From NCBI GenBank assembly GCA_965203365.1, contig OZ241878.1:2502174-2566173 (forward strand): a stretch of 64,000 bases of DNA. Reading direction: 5' to 3'. Within the stretch, counting starts at the first letter, position 1. Each line of letters begins with the position of its first letter. This DNA is from Candidatus Poriferihabitaceae bacterium (GTDB taxonomy: Bacteria > Pseudomonadota > Gammaproteobacteria > Arenicellales > Poriferihabitantaceae). The notes beneath the pieces were generated by a model, which was given only the letters and a program-made list of their open reading frames with translations, was not told the DNA's origin and did not search any database. Both the position numbers and the translations under genes were made by a program. Shown here one piece after another: positions 39,520 through 50,567 of this stretch.

Positions 39520-39810
39520 TGGACCAGCTCCACATGCTGCGCGATGAGGCAGCGACGGCTCGCTTCGTCACCCTCCTGTCCGAGGAACCGTTCGACAGTC
39601 GGACGGCCTTGAGTCCGCCGCGTCTGCGAGGTGTTCTCGCTGTTCGACGCGCGGGGCCGCCCCCGGCTCGCTGGTTGCAAGAAGGCCCTGGCGACGCTGG
39701 CCGAGCGGGTGCCACAGATCGTGCTGCCACCGCCGCAGGGGCTGGCGGTGGACCGTCGACCGCGTCTCCTCGTGGGCGGCGTGCCCGTCCCCGAGCAGGA
39801 TCGGCAGCGC
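39520..39810 (+). pseudogene. IS4-like (DUF4338-type) N-terminal fragment, frameshifted
   Basis: MDQLHMLRDEAATARFVTLLSEEPFDSRTALS, then after a frameshift RRVCEVFSLFDARGRPRLAGCKKALATLAERVPQIVLPPPQ. Confidence 0.35.
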
Positions 39811-39881
39811 CTTCGACGCCGCCGGCACACCCCATCGGCCGAGCGCGTGGCGCCAGTCGGTGCGCTCGCACAAACAAACAA

Positions 39882-40665
39882 AGACGGAGCCTCGGAGGTC
39901 AAGGTGCGGGGCACCTACCAGGGGGCGCCCGGCTACTATTACTGCAAGACCGACTGCCAAGTCCAGGTGAGAAGAGGCGGCATCAGCCTGTATGCCGGCT
40001 GGAGGTTCGTCCACGACCCGGACGCCCAGGTGTCCCTCCCTGATTCCGACTACCTGTATTTCGGCTGGTGGGTGAGATCGAACAGCAGCGACGACGTGCC
40101 CAGACTGGCCACCGCCTTTTTCGGCTTCGAGGGCGTCACTCTGGAGGAAGGCAAAACTACGAGCGCCCGCGATTACGACGGCTCCGCGACCTTCGAGGGC
40201 CCCGCGGTCGGCCAGTACGCCATCCACGACCCGCGCAACGGCGAGGGCGAGGGCGGCGCATTCGAGGCGAAGGCCACGCTGAAGGCCCGGTTCGGGGACC
40301 CCAACAATGTGCGCGATGCGGGCCTGTCCGGCACGATCGACGAGTTTCGGCTGAACGGCGGGTCCGAGGATCCGGGCTGGAGCGTGCAGTTGGTGAAAAG
40401 CCGCTTTGAGAGTGCCGGAAAAAAGGTCACCAGAAGAGGCACCAAGACGGTCATGTCGATCGGCGACTTCAAGGGGCCGGAGGTTCTCAACAGCTGGGAC
40501 GCCCGGTTGTTTGACACCACGCCCGGAACCGTTGCGGACGGCGGCGACGGCTCCAACGAGGCGGACAAGATCCTCGGAACCTTCTACTCCGAATACAGCA
40601 CCACCCATCGGCTGGTCGGCGCGTTCGGCGCGAGCAACATCACGAAACAGAACGTCAACGAATAG
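39882..40665 (+). pseudogene. SLP alpha4 (3' cassette fragment, mirror of the alpha3 C-terminal 260 aa)
   Basis: Starts at ...DGASEVKVRGTYQGAPGYYYCKTDC, fused to IS-derived sequence. Confidence 0.8.
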
Positions 40666-40860
40666 CCATCAAACGGAGGGGGGCAGGTGGTGCCGTTCCC
40701 TGACCCCTGATCGGGCGCCCGGGCCGGTTGGCTTCTCCTTTCCAGGCCGGGCGTTCCCCCTTTTCTCGTACAGCCTCGCCGATGCGACCCTCGGCGAGGC
40801 TGTACGAGGTGGTGCTGGCTGTCGAGCGGAAGCTCCGGGGTTGTTGACTTTCCTGTCCTT

Positions 40861-41214
40861 CGACATCACGGTGCAGGCCGTGATCGCGTCGAAGGCGAGG
40901 CAGCAGCACAGGCTGTCGGCGGCATTGAGCCGACGGTCCTTGATCCGCGTGCCGGTCTTCAGGGCGCGGAACCATTCCTCGATCAGCCACCGCTTCTCGT
41001 ACCACCCGGCGACGCGCAGTGCGTTCCCGGCGGGGGGTTCACCCTCGGTCGTCAGCAGCAGCCAGTCGAGCGATTCCTTCCCGGCCGGCGGCTCGGGTTC
41101 CCGCACCCGCACGGCAAGCAGCCGCAGGGGTGGCGTGTCCGTCGGCCGGTCGGCGGGCGGGACGAGACCGACGAAACCGGCCCGTAGTTCGAGCTTCACA
41201 CCCCGGTCCGTTCG
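40861..41214 (-). mobile_element. Tn5-like IS4 transposase fragment (mirror copy)
   Basis: Translation identical to 35105-35458. Confidence 0.7.
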
Positions 41215-41224
41215 ATGGCTGCTC

Positions 41225-42552
41225 CTACTCTTCAACAACCCTCTTCGCGCCGAAGGCGCCGACCAGTCGGTGGGTGCCGCCGTATTCGGCATGGAACTTT
41301 CCGAGCACCAGGGTCGGATTGTTGTTGCCGTCGCCGACCGGTTTGGTGATACCGCCACTGGCAACCGTGGGCAAATCGGGCGTTTCATCATACATCGTGG
41401 CAACCCAGCTGCCGGCCGCCAGCGCCTTGTTGCCATCGATCGACCAGACCGTCTTGGCGGCGGGGTCCGTCTTGGCGCCAGCCCTCCATCCGCCTCGATT
41501 ATCCGAAGCAGGGGTGCTGCCAGGGCCACCCCTGTTCAGCGTCACGCTCCAGTTCGGCTCGGACCCGTTTTCCAGGCGGAACTTGTCGACCGTGCCGGTC
41601 ATGCCCGTGTCGGGCACCAAGTTGCTGGCTCCGAACTTGGCCTTCAGCAGGGCCGTCGCCGTGAACGCGCCGCCCTCGCCCTTGCCGTCGAGCGGGTCGT
41701 GGATGGCATACTGGCCGACTGCGGGACCCTCGAAGGTCGCCTCGCCGCCGATCAGGCTGTTGCCGTCCGAGGTGATCCCGACGCCGCCGCCTCTGGTGGC
41801 GTAGAAGGGGGCGACCGCCGCGGGCAGGCCGTCGTCGTCCTCTCTCAACCACCAGCCGAAGTACGCAAAGTCAGTATCGGGGTGGATCACCATGGCCCCC
41901 TCGTCATGGACGAACGTCCAGCCGGCGCTCAGGAAGTAGCCGATTTGCCCGACCCCGACCGTGCAGGATTCACTGGTGCCGGGGGTGCAGTAGTAGTAGC
42001 CGGGCGCCCCCCGGTAGGAGCCCCGGACCTGGACCTCATCGGCTCCGTCTGTCGGAGCGAAGGGCTTGGTGCCCGTCTCCGGGAAATCGGGGGAGTCGAT
42101 GCTGTGGTCGGTCCCGGTGTTCAGGGATATCCTGCGTTCCGCCGGGGTGTAGGTCCCCGCGTTGGCCGTGTAGGAGGCCTTGGCACCCGAATCAGAGAAC
42201 CATTTCGCGGCCGGAATGGAGTTCGGCCCCGTCCGGTCGCTGTACACCTTGACCTTGTCGGTGAACTTCCCTTCGCCAGAGCCCTGGGTCCTCACGTAGT
42301 CCGTGACCGTCCACACGCCGTCCACCTTCTCCTCGGCGTCCCTGGCCTCCTCCGTGCCGTGCCGGAAGCTCACCGCACCATGCAGATCCGACGTCGCTCG
42401 CGACCCCGCACCCGCCGCAGGATCAATCCGGAAGTCTCCCCGAGGCCGGTCCAGGTAGTTTTTCGCCCGGACGGCCTTGCGGGCACCGTCATCGTACGTC
42501 GCATCATCGACGAGGAGGTCGTTGTAGACAGGATCGCTCTCGAGATTGTCCA
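41225..42552 (-). pseudogene. SLP beta3 (5'-truncated cassette)
   Basis: Identical to beta2 from DNLESDPVYNDLL to the stop. The 5' end is cut by an IS30-like end at 42552/42553. Confidence 0.8.
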
Positions 42553-42935
42553 CAGAAGCGCCACGCTCGCCGCGCTCCCCGAATAAAGGAAGCGCGGCGG
42601 CGACCGGAAAATTCGGCCCTAAAGGGGCTAGTGTCGGTCATCAATGGTATCCTTCTCGACGCTAGGGCCCGCTCGGGCCGTGTCAAACGGGTTTTGGCCG
42701 AGCAGGACCCGGCCCGTCGAACACGGGCTGGCGGAAGGGGGAAGATGGGGGAGGAATGACCGCCTTCAGGGCGGGACGGCAGCGGTGAAGACCTCTTCCG
42801 GGGTCCGATACCCCAGCACCTTGCGGGACCGGCATCACCTGACGGAATTCCGTTCCCTTCGGGAAGGACTGACGCACCAGACCGTTGGTGTACTCGTTCA
42901 GACCCCGTTCCCAAGAGTGGTCCGGGGTCTATCAA
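42553..42935 (-). mobile_element. IS30-family 3' fragment (transposase C-terminus plus end)
   Basis: TPDHSWERGLNEYTNGLVRQSFPKGTEF...RTPEEVFTAAVPP*, followed by the ~215-bp end sequence. Confidence 0.7.
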
Positions 42936-43005
42936 CTCATCACACTTTGACTAGGGGTACTATCTTCACGGAAATTGTCCTCGTTTTATCAGTCCCCCGT
43001 GCCAC

Positions 43006-44333
43006 TCTGAAGTGCAACGCTTGGCCCCGTCGCCTGATCGCTTGAGTTAAGCGGATTGCAGCGGGCCAGAGGATGGCAGACCATCTCAGTTGACGAACAA
43101 CTGGAGAACTGTCATGCCAACTGGCGACCACCCCCTGACCCACCCGGAAAGATCGCCCATTTTCGCGCTCCAGTCCACTGGTTGATCCCAGCGGCCGATG
43201 GCCGCGCAGCTTGGGCGGGACGTCAGCACGATTTCCCGAGAGCTGTCCCGCCACCGCGGACAGCGGGGGGATCGTCACCAGCCAGCCCAGGGCAAGGCGA
43301 CGAGTCGGCGCCGGGAAGCCTCAGCTGTGCCCTGGAAGATGACCCCGGAGCGCTGGGCGGTGGTCGAGGACCGGCTGCAGGCCGGATGGAGCCCGGAACC
43401 CATCTCGGACCGGTCTCGACAACAAGGGGAGGTGATGGCCGGCCGGGAATGGATCTACCCATAGGTTGAGAGCAGGCCGACAGGCGGGGGGGACCTTTAC
43501 CGGTGCCTGCGCCGCTGGGGGAAGCAGCCCAACTGGCGCGGTGGGCGACCTGCGGGACGCGGTCATATTCCCGATCGGGTAGACATCGCCGAGCGCCCGT
43601 TGATCGGGGACAGGGAGCTCGACCTGATCATTGGGGTGAAGCACCGGGGAGCCTGGATTTCCTGGGTAGATCGGGCCTCGAAGTATCGGGTCCTGATCGG
43701 GGTGGCCGGGAAGACAGCGGCGGCCGTGACCGAGGCCATTGTCCGGCGGATGGCCCCGATTCGGGACCGGGTGCACACGGGCACGGCGGACAACGGCCAG
43801 GAGTTCGCGGGGCACCGGGAGATTGCGGCAGCCCTCGGAGCCGACTTGGACTTTGCCACTCCTGACCATTCCTGGGAACGGGGCCTGAACGAGCACACCC
43901 ACGGCCTAGTACGCCAGGACTTTCCGAAGGGAACGGACTTCCGTCAGGGGACGGCTTCTCAGGTCCAGGCGGTGGCAGAGCGGATCAACCGTCGGCCCCG
44001 GAAAGTCCTGGGGGTTCGAACCCCGGAAGAGGTCTTCACCGTCGTCGCCCCGCCCTGAAGGCGGTCATTCCTCTCCCCTCCCCTACCTTTCCAGAAGCCC
44101 GTATTCGACGGGCCAAGTCCCACTCGGCCAAAACCCGTCTGACACGGCCCGAGCGGGCCCTGGCGTCGTGAAATCGCCTCGGTCAGACTCCGCTGAGTCG
44201 AGATGGCTGCCATCGGTGGCCGACATCAGCCCCTTTCAGCCCCTGGGAGGACTGAATGGTCCGGTCGCCGCCCCGCTCCCTTCATTCGGGGGATGCCCTC
44301 ATGCCGGGAGCGGGGCGAGCGTTGCACTTCAGA
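43006..44333 (+). mobile_element. IS30-family element (decayed)
   Basis: Terminal inverted repeats TCTGAAGTGCAACGCTTGGCCCCG (43006-43029) and CGGGGCGAGCGTTGCACTTCAGA (44311-44333). Confidence 0.7.
43114..44058 (+). pseudogene. IS30 transposase with a frameshift (~43185) and an in-frame TAG (43462-43464)
   Basis: HTH ...LGRDVSTISRELSRHRGQRG. DDE region DLIIG...TADNGQEF...SWERGLNEHTHGLVRQDFPKGTDF. Confidence 0.8.
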
Positions 44334-44573
44334 TTGGAAGTGGGGAAGTCTTTGGGTTCACTCTCGTTCCCTGCTTGGATCGCCTCGTAGCCAATCACAT
44401 CGGCCTTCAGCCGCTACAGGCTCTGCCAGAGCTTCTGCGTTCCCGGCATCGGCTGACGTCGGCGGCACCGCCGTGGAGCGTGTCATCACCGTCGCGGCCA
44501 TTGACCGGGTCGACATCAGCGAATAGGCAGTCCAGGGGGCTTCGCCCGACGGGTAGGATGAGGCCACCGCCGG

Positions 44574-47500
44574 TCAACCCACCCAGCGAAAGGCATTGGC
44601 GAACAGGTGAATCCAGGGGCTGTGCTCGCCCCATTCGGGCGGATGCCAGGAATGCGTCACGGTGCGCAGCCCCCGCTCCGGATGTGGCATCATGATGGTG
44701 AAGCGGCCATCCGAGTTGGTCAAGCCGGTGATTCCGGCCGGGGATCCATTGGGATTCAGGGGGTAAGTTTCGGTCACTTGGTGCCGATTGTCCACGAAAC
44801 GAAGCGCCACCTGTCCCGCGCTTTCCAGTGCCGGTGACTGATGCTCATCCGGGAACCAGGCCCGGCCTTCTCCATGGGCCACGGCAACGGGTAACTTGGC
44901 CCCCTGCATGCCACGCAGCAAGATGGACTGCTCGGATTCCACGGCGACCGTCACGAACCGGGCTTCGTATTGTTCCGAAGCATTGCGCACAAATCGGGGC
45001 CAATGATCCGAGCCGGGAATCAATTCCCGAATCGCCGCCATCATCTGACACCCATTGCACACGCCCAGGGCAAACGTGTCTTGACGGTCAAAGAACGCAC
45101 TGAACTGATCGCGCAGGGCGGGATTGAACAGAATCGACTTGGCCCAGCCCTCTCCCGCCCCCAAGACATCGCCATAGGAAAACCCCCCACAGGCGGCCAG
45201 ACCACAAAATGCCGTCAATGAAACGCCCGCCGTCAGGTCAGTCATCGTGACATCGACGGACTCAAAGCCCACCGCATCGAACGCCGCCGCCATTTCCAGC
45301 TGGCCGTTCACGCCCTGTTCCCGCAAAATCGCAATCTGCGGCCTGGACCGACCCGAGATCGCGGGAACCGGCGCCGAAGCCACCCGCCATGACGACGTGA
45401 TACCCGGCTCGTCCCGGTCCAGGAGCCGATCATATTCTTCCTGGGCACAGCGAGGATGGTCACGGAGGGATTGCATATGATAGGTCACCGAGGACCAGGC
45501 ACGATGCAAGGCACTCCTTTCCAGGCACAGCAAGGCCTGGCCTTCCGTCTGAATACGAATCTCATGGCCCACCGTGGGACGGCCGAGCCGAATCGTCATC
45601 GCCGACAAGCCCCACTGCGACAGCACCTGCCAGCACCGCTCCCGGGTCCTGTCGGGCACCTGAACCACCATCCCGAGTTCTTCGTTGAACAATTGTGCCC
45701 ACGGATCGCCCATGGGCAGGTCGACATCAAGGCCACAGCGAGAAACAAAACACATTTCCAGCAAGGTGGTGACCAGTCCCCCATCGGACCGGTCGTGGCA
45801 GGCGACGATCAGTCCGTCTTCACGCAACCCCTGCATCGCCCCCAGAAAAGCCTTCAACAACCCGGCCTCCACATCGGGCGGGGTCTGTCCCATTTGGTCC
45901 AGGACCTGGGCCAGGACGGATCCCCCCAAGCGGTGGCGACCTGATCCCAGATCAATCAGCCACAATTCGGAATCTTCCGCTTGGAAGGTCAGCAGCGGCG
46001 TCAAGGTCCGACGGGCATCTCCGACCGTCGAAAAGGCACTGATCACCAAGGACAGCGGGGCTGTCACCCGATAGGCTTGTCCTTGATCCCGCCAGTGGGT
46101 CGTCATGGACAGGGAATCCTTGCCGACCGGGATGGACAGCCCGAGATCCCGGCAAAGTTGCATGGCGACCGCTTCCACCGTCTGATACAGGGAGGCCGCT
46201 TGGCCGGGTTCTCCCACTGCCGCCATCCAGTTGGCAGACAGCTTGACCCCGCTGCCATCCCCGATATCGGCCGCCGCCAGATTGGTCAATGCCTCTCCAA
46301 CGGCCATGCGGCCACTGGCCGGGGCATCCAGCACCGCCAGGGGCGTTCGCTCCCCGATCGCCATCGCTTCGCCCGTGAATCCCTGGTACCCGCTTAGGGT
46401 GACGGCCACATCGGCGACCGGAACCTGCCAAGGTCCAACCATTTGGTCGCGGGCCACCAGACCCGTCACACTGCGGTCTCCGATCGTGACCAGAAACGTT
46501 TTGTCGGCCACCGACGGAAAGGAAAGCACTCGATGCAATGCCTCCTCCAAAGACAACCCATTGAGGGATAGGGGGGCTGTGATGGGGAACGCCACTTTCG
46601 CGTCGCGTGACATCATCGGGGGTCGCCCGAACAGCAAGGCCATCGGCAGGTCGATCGGATCCGGACCGGTATCCGCGAAATGGCGGTCCGTCAACCGAAG
46701 GGTCGGTGCCAGCGTGGCCTCCCCGATCCGGGCGAAGGGGCATCGTTCACGTTGGCAGATGGCCGAGAAGGTATGAAAGTGATCCGGATCCACCGCCAGC
46801 ACATAACGCTCCTGGGATTCGTTGCACCACAACTGCATCGGGGACATGCCGGGTTCGTCGTTAGGGATCGAACGCAATTCGAACCGCCCGCCCCGGTCGG
46901 CACCATGCACCAGTTCCGGCAGGGCATTGCACAGCCCCCCGGCGCCCACATCATGGATGGAAAGGATCGGATTATCCTGATCCAGCGCACAGCAGGCATC
47001 AATCACCTCCTGACAGCGACGTTGCATCTCCGGGTTGCCCCGCTGCACGGACGCAAAATCCAACCCCTCGGAACGGCTGCCGGTGGCGACACTGGATGCC
47101 GCTCCGCCCCCCAGACCAATGAGCATGGACGGCCCCCCCAGGACCACAATGGGTGCCCCGGGAGGAATCGGCGACTTGTGGATATGGGAGGGGCGAATAT
47201 TCCCCAGTCCGCCTGCGAGCATGATCGGCTTGTGATAACCCCATCGCTCCCGTGAACGCCCTGATGACTGCTCAAAGGTTCGAAAATAGCCACACAGGTG
47301 GGGTCGACCGAACTCATTGTTAAAGGCGGCTGCCCCGACGGGTCCTTCCAACATGATGCGCAAGGGGCTGGCAATCCTCAAGGGCCGCGAGGCCTCCATT
47401 TCCCAGGGTCGATTGAACTGCGGAATCCGCAGATGGGACACGGTGAATCCAGTCAGTCCGGCCTTGGGCTTGCTCCCCCGACCCGTCGCCCCTTCATCTC

Positions 47501-48476
47501 GGATTTCCCCCCCGGAACCGGTGGCCGCCCCCGAAAACGGCGAGATCGCCGTGGGATGGTTATGCGTTTCTACCTTGGCAATAAAATGGATCTCTTCTTC
47601 GATATAACGGTACACCCGGTCAGCCGAGTCGGGTTGGAAACGACTGGCCTTGGTCCCTTGCAGAATGGCGGAATTATCGGCATAAGCGACCAGGGTCCCA
47701 TCGGGATGGTGCCCGTGAGTGGTGCGGATCATGGAAAACAACGACCGGGGCTGGCGTTCGCCGTCGATGGTCCAGTCCGCCTGAAAGATCTTGTGCCGGC
47801 AGTGTTCCGAGTTGACCTGGGCGAACATCATCAGCTCCACATCCGTCGGATTGCGCCCGAGTTGGTGGAACTGGTCCAGCAAATAGCCCTTCTCCCCCGA
47901 ACTGAGCGCCAGCCCATAGTGCCGATCGGCCTCTTCCAGGGCGTCCCGGCCATCGACCTGAAGATCAATCTGTACCAGCGGGGCGGGCTCTTGAGTCATG
48001 AACAGGGCTTTCGCGGCCGTCATCTCCGGCAACAAGGACTCCACCATGGGGTCGAACACCACGCCCGACAACGCCGCGTCGATCTGATGCGCCGGTGTGC
48101 CCGTCAGCGACTGGCGGGAATAGAACCGCCAGTGCACCCCCCGCTCAATCCGGTGCACCGCCGGAAGTCCGCAGTGATGGACAATCTCGGTGGCCTTGGT
48201 GGCCCACGGGGATATGGTGCCGATGCGGGGCACCGTATACCGATGCAAGACATAGGCCGTCGGAGGCGTCGGATGACCCGGCCCCTGGCCGTCATCCAGC
48301 AGTTGTTCGAGAATGCCCTGGTCACGAACCGTCAGGGTCGACCCCGGAACGAGATGGATCAGATACAGGAAGTGCGCTTCAATCGCCTGGATTCGATGAC
48401 CGCGGGCCTGGAGTTGTTGCGCAATTTTTCGTTTCCGAAAATCCGACAGCGCAATGGCCCCGTCGAGGGAGATCAT
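44574..48476 (-). CDS. purL: Phosphoribosylformylglycinamidine synthase (large single-chain PurL)
   Basis: ~1300 aa. Start chosen at MISLDGAIALSDFRKRK. Carries a C-terminal glutaminase domain (GVCNGCQMM). Confidence 0.95.
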   Translation of the reverse strand: MISLDGAIALSDFRKRKIAQQLQARGHRIQAIEAHFLYLIHLVPGSTLTVRDQGILEQLLDDGQGPGHPTPPTAYVLHRYTVPRIGTISPWATKATEIVHHCGLPAVHRIERGVHWRFYSRQSLTGTPAHQIDAALSGVVFDPMVESLLPEMTAAKALFMTQEPAPLVQIDLQVDGRDALEEADRHYGLALSSGEKGYLLDQFHQLGRNPTDVELMMFAQVNSEHCRHKIFQADWTIDGERQPRSLFSMIRTTHGHHPDGTLVAYADNSAILQGTKASRFQPDSADRVYRYIEEEIHFIAKVETHNHPTAISPFSGAATGSGGEIRDEGATGRGSKPKAGLTGFTVSHLRIPQFNRPWEMEASRPLRIASPLRIMLEGPVGAAAFNNEFGRPHLCGYFRTFEQSSGRSRERWGYHKPIMLAGGLGNIRPSHIHKSPIPPGAPIVVLGGPSMLIGLGGGAASSVATGSRSEGLDFASVQRGNPEMQRRCQEVIDACCALDQDNPILSIHDVGAGGLCNALPELVHGADRGGRFELRSIPNDEPGMSPMQLWCNESQERYVLAVDPDHFHTFSAICQRERCPFARIGEATLAPTLRLTDRHFADTGPDPIDLPMALLFGRPPMMSRDAKVAFPITAPLSLNGLSLEEALHRVLSFPSVADKTFLVTIGDRSVTGLVARDQMVGPWQVPVADVAVTLSGYQGFTGEAMAIGERTPLAVLDAPASGRMAVGEALTNLAAADIGDGSGVKLSANWMAAVGEPGQAASLYQTVEAVAMQLCRDLGLSIPVGKDSLSMTTHWRDQGQAYRVTAPLSLVISAFSTVGDARRTLTPLLTFQAEDSELWLIDLGSGRHRLGGSVLAQVLDQMGQTPPDVEAGLLKAFLGAMQGLREDGLIVACHDRSDGGLVTTLLEMCFVSRCGLDVDLPMGDPWAQLFNEELGMVVQVPDRTRERCWQVLSQWGLSAMTIRLGRPTVGHEIRIQTEGQALLCLERSALHRAWSSVTYHMQSLRDHPRCAQEEYDRLLDRDEPGITSSWRVASAPVPAISGRSRPQIAILREQGVNGQLEMAAAFDAVGFESVDVTMTDLTAGVSLTAFCGLAACGGFSYGDVLGAGEGWAKSILFNPALRDQFSAFFDRQDTFALGVCNGCQMMAAIRELIPGSDHWPRFVRNASEQYEARFVTVAVESEQSILLRGMQGAKLPVAVAHGEGRAWFPDEHQSPALESAGQVALRFVDNRHQVTETYPLNPNGSPAGITGLTNSDGRFTIMMPHPERGLRTVTHSWHPPEWGEHSPWIHLFANAFRWVG

Positions 48477-48574
48477 CTCGTCCATGTCACCCCGACCAGC
48501 CATCCACGGCGGACCGCATGGGGGACCATTGATCACTCAGGAACAAGGCAACGTATCGAATTCGGGTCGGTCAC

Positions 48575-49453
48575 TCAGGCGATCACCCCCGCCTGTCGCA
48601 TCGCCGCGGCCACGGTGTCCTGGCAGGAGTCCGACAACCAAGTCAAGGGCAGGCGGATGCCCTTCGGGATCCATCCCATTTGATGCAAAGCCCATTTCGA
48701 GGGGATGGGGTTCGACTCGATGAACAAGCTGCGATGCAGTCCGTCCAACTCCTCGTTCAGCCGGTCGGCCGTGTCATGGTCTCCTGCCAGGGCGGCCCGA
48801 CACATCGCCCGCATTTTGGCCGGAGCGACATTGGCGGTGACCGAAATACACCCATGCCCGCCCGCTTTCATGAACGCCAGGGAACTGACGTCCTCACCGG
48901 AATAGAGCCGGAAATCCGCGGGACATCGGGCCAGAAAATCCGCCACTCTCGGAATATCCGAAGTCGCGTCCTTGATCCCCACGATATTGTCGATTTCCGC
49001 CAGCCGAACCACGGTATCATTATGCATGTCCAAGGCGGTTCTGCCGGGGACATTGTAGAGGATCTGCGGCACCCCGACCTGCTCGGCAATATGTCGAAAG
49101 TGACGATAGAGTCCTTCCTGGGTGGGCTTGTTGTAATACGGCACCACCAGCAAACACCCGAGAATGTCGAGTTCGGCCGCACTTTTCGTCAACTCCAAGG
49201 CTTCATGAGTGGAGTTCCCACCGGTTCCCGCAATCACCGGAATCCGACCGCGGGCATACTCGACCGTCCGGGCGATGACCTCGATTTGTTCGGGAATATC
49301 CAAGGTGGCGGATTCTCCCGTGGTGCCGACCGAGACGATCCCATCGGTGCCGCTGTCGATATGGAATTCCACCAGTTTCTTCAGGCTGTTGAAATCCACC
49401 CCTCCCTCTTCGAACATGGGGGTGACCAAGGCGACCAGACTGCCGGTAATCAT
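48575..49453 (-). CDS. dapA: 4-hydroxy-tetrahydrodipicolinate synthase
   Basis: MITGSLVALVTPMFEEGGVDF...VSVGTTGESATL...YNKPTQEGLYRHF aligns by eye with E. coli DapA. An alternative start lies at 49459. Confidence 0.95.
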   Translation of the reverse strand: MITGSLVALVTPMFEEGGVDFNSLKKLVEFHIDSGTDGIVSVGTTGESATLDIPEQIEVIARTVEYARGRIPVIAGTGGNSTHEALELTKSAAELDILGCLLVVPYYNKPTQEGLYRHFRHIAEQVGVPQILYNVPGRTALDMHNDTVVRLAEIDNIVGIKDATSDIPRVADFLARCPADFRLYSGEDVSSLAFMKAGGHGCISVTANVAPAKMRAMCRAALAGDHDTADRLNEELDGLHRSLFIESNPIPSKWALHQMGWIPKGIRLPLTWLSDSCQDTVAAAMRQAGVIA

Positions 49454-49597
49454 TGCCATGTGACCAATTTCGCGATTCATGAAACAGATAGAGATGGCGT
49501 GGATGGTATCGCCTGACCGAGAATCAAGCAAGAGGCGCCGCTTGCAAGACCCCGCCTTCGAGGGGATTGTTCCCCAAAACAGATGATTTTTCTGCCG

Positions 49598-49942
49598 GAG
49601 GAGGTGGGCGGGCCCATTTACGGCGGGTGGCTCAAGACATCCGGGAACGACGGTGCCTTGACCGCGAGCGCGTTCTATGGCGAGCGGGTCAGGGGGTCGT
49701 CGGGCGTCAGTCGTGCAAACCCCTTCCGTACGTTGAGGGGACAGGCGACCTACGAGGACGGGGCAGCCAGCCTTTACACGCTCCACCGCCCCGTCGGCGC
49801 AAGGAACGAGGCCGGCCCGTTCGCCGCGGACACCATGGTTGAAGCGAACTTCGATAGCCTGACAATCAAGGGGATCCCCAGCCACTTCAGGACCGGCGCC
49901 CTCGGGGAGCGTCGTAAAGTCAGCGGGATGAGCGGGCGTTAA
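49598..49942 (+). pseudogene. SLP fragment (delta'-like C-lobe piece)
   Basis: YGGWLKTSGNDGALTASAFYGER...GQATYEDGAASLYTLH...GPFAADTMVEANFDSLTIKG..HFRTGALG compares with delta' YGWWLKKSGDGPWTASAFYGER...ATYEGGSAGLYALH...FVADAMLEANFDTQKIKG.LSNFRTGALG. Confidence 0.7.
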
Positions 49943-49945
49943 CCA

Positions 49946-50567
49946 TTAAACCAGCCAAATCATGGCCCTGGCCAAGTCCCCCATCGACCCATTCTTTTGC
50001 TTCCACCCCTCATCACGAGTCGCCAGGCGACGACAGGGCTTCCGCTGCTGAAACCGGCGTTCCACCCCATAGCGCACTGGGTCAATTGCCCGATCATCGT
50101 CTCGGGGCGCTTGACGATGACGGCGCGGCGGAATCACGGCCGTCGCCCCCGAATGCCCCATCCATTCCCTCCGTGGATGACGGTCATCCCCTGGACCGGC
50201 GATCCCATCATCGGCTTCGACCTCCCCGACCCGGCTCGGGGCCTGACCCGACTCCGAGGCTTGTCCAGGCGTGACCCACCGCGGGATCGGGAGCCCCCCT
50301 GCCTCGACGGAGGCCGGGATGTTCGGGCCCCACGCCCCTCGAGAGCGGCCGACCGCTTCGGTGGCCTGATCGTTTTTTGGGGGGAGCCCCAGGCGGATGG
50401 ACGCGCGTCATTGAGCCGATCAATCATGAGCGATTCAAAGTCCGCCTCGACCGACCGGACCGGTCAAATCTGCGGCCACTGCCCTTTTGAGGACCCGCGG
50501 AGGGGTTGCCGGACATCCCGGGCTGGATGCGTTCCCCCGGGTCCTCTCTGAGTCTGAACCGGGTCAT
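49946..50567 (-). pseudogene. IS5-family transposase remnant (internal deletion and frameshifts)
   Basis: N-terminus MTRFRL.ED..ERIQP. Middle ADFESLMID. C-terminus AVIPPRRHRQAPRDDDRAIDPVRYGVERRFQQRKPCRRLATRDE matches the IPP..NR...R.YD...Y..R..VE..F..LK.FRR.ATRY.K pattern. Confidence 0.65.

Larger units (their letters stand above)
39882..42552. repeat. IR2 right arm (2671 bp)
   Basis: See 33767-36437. Confidence 0.9.
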
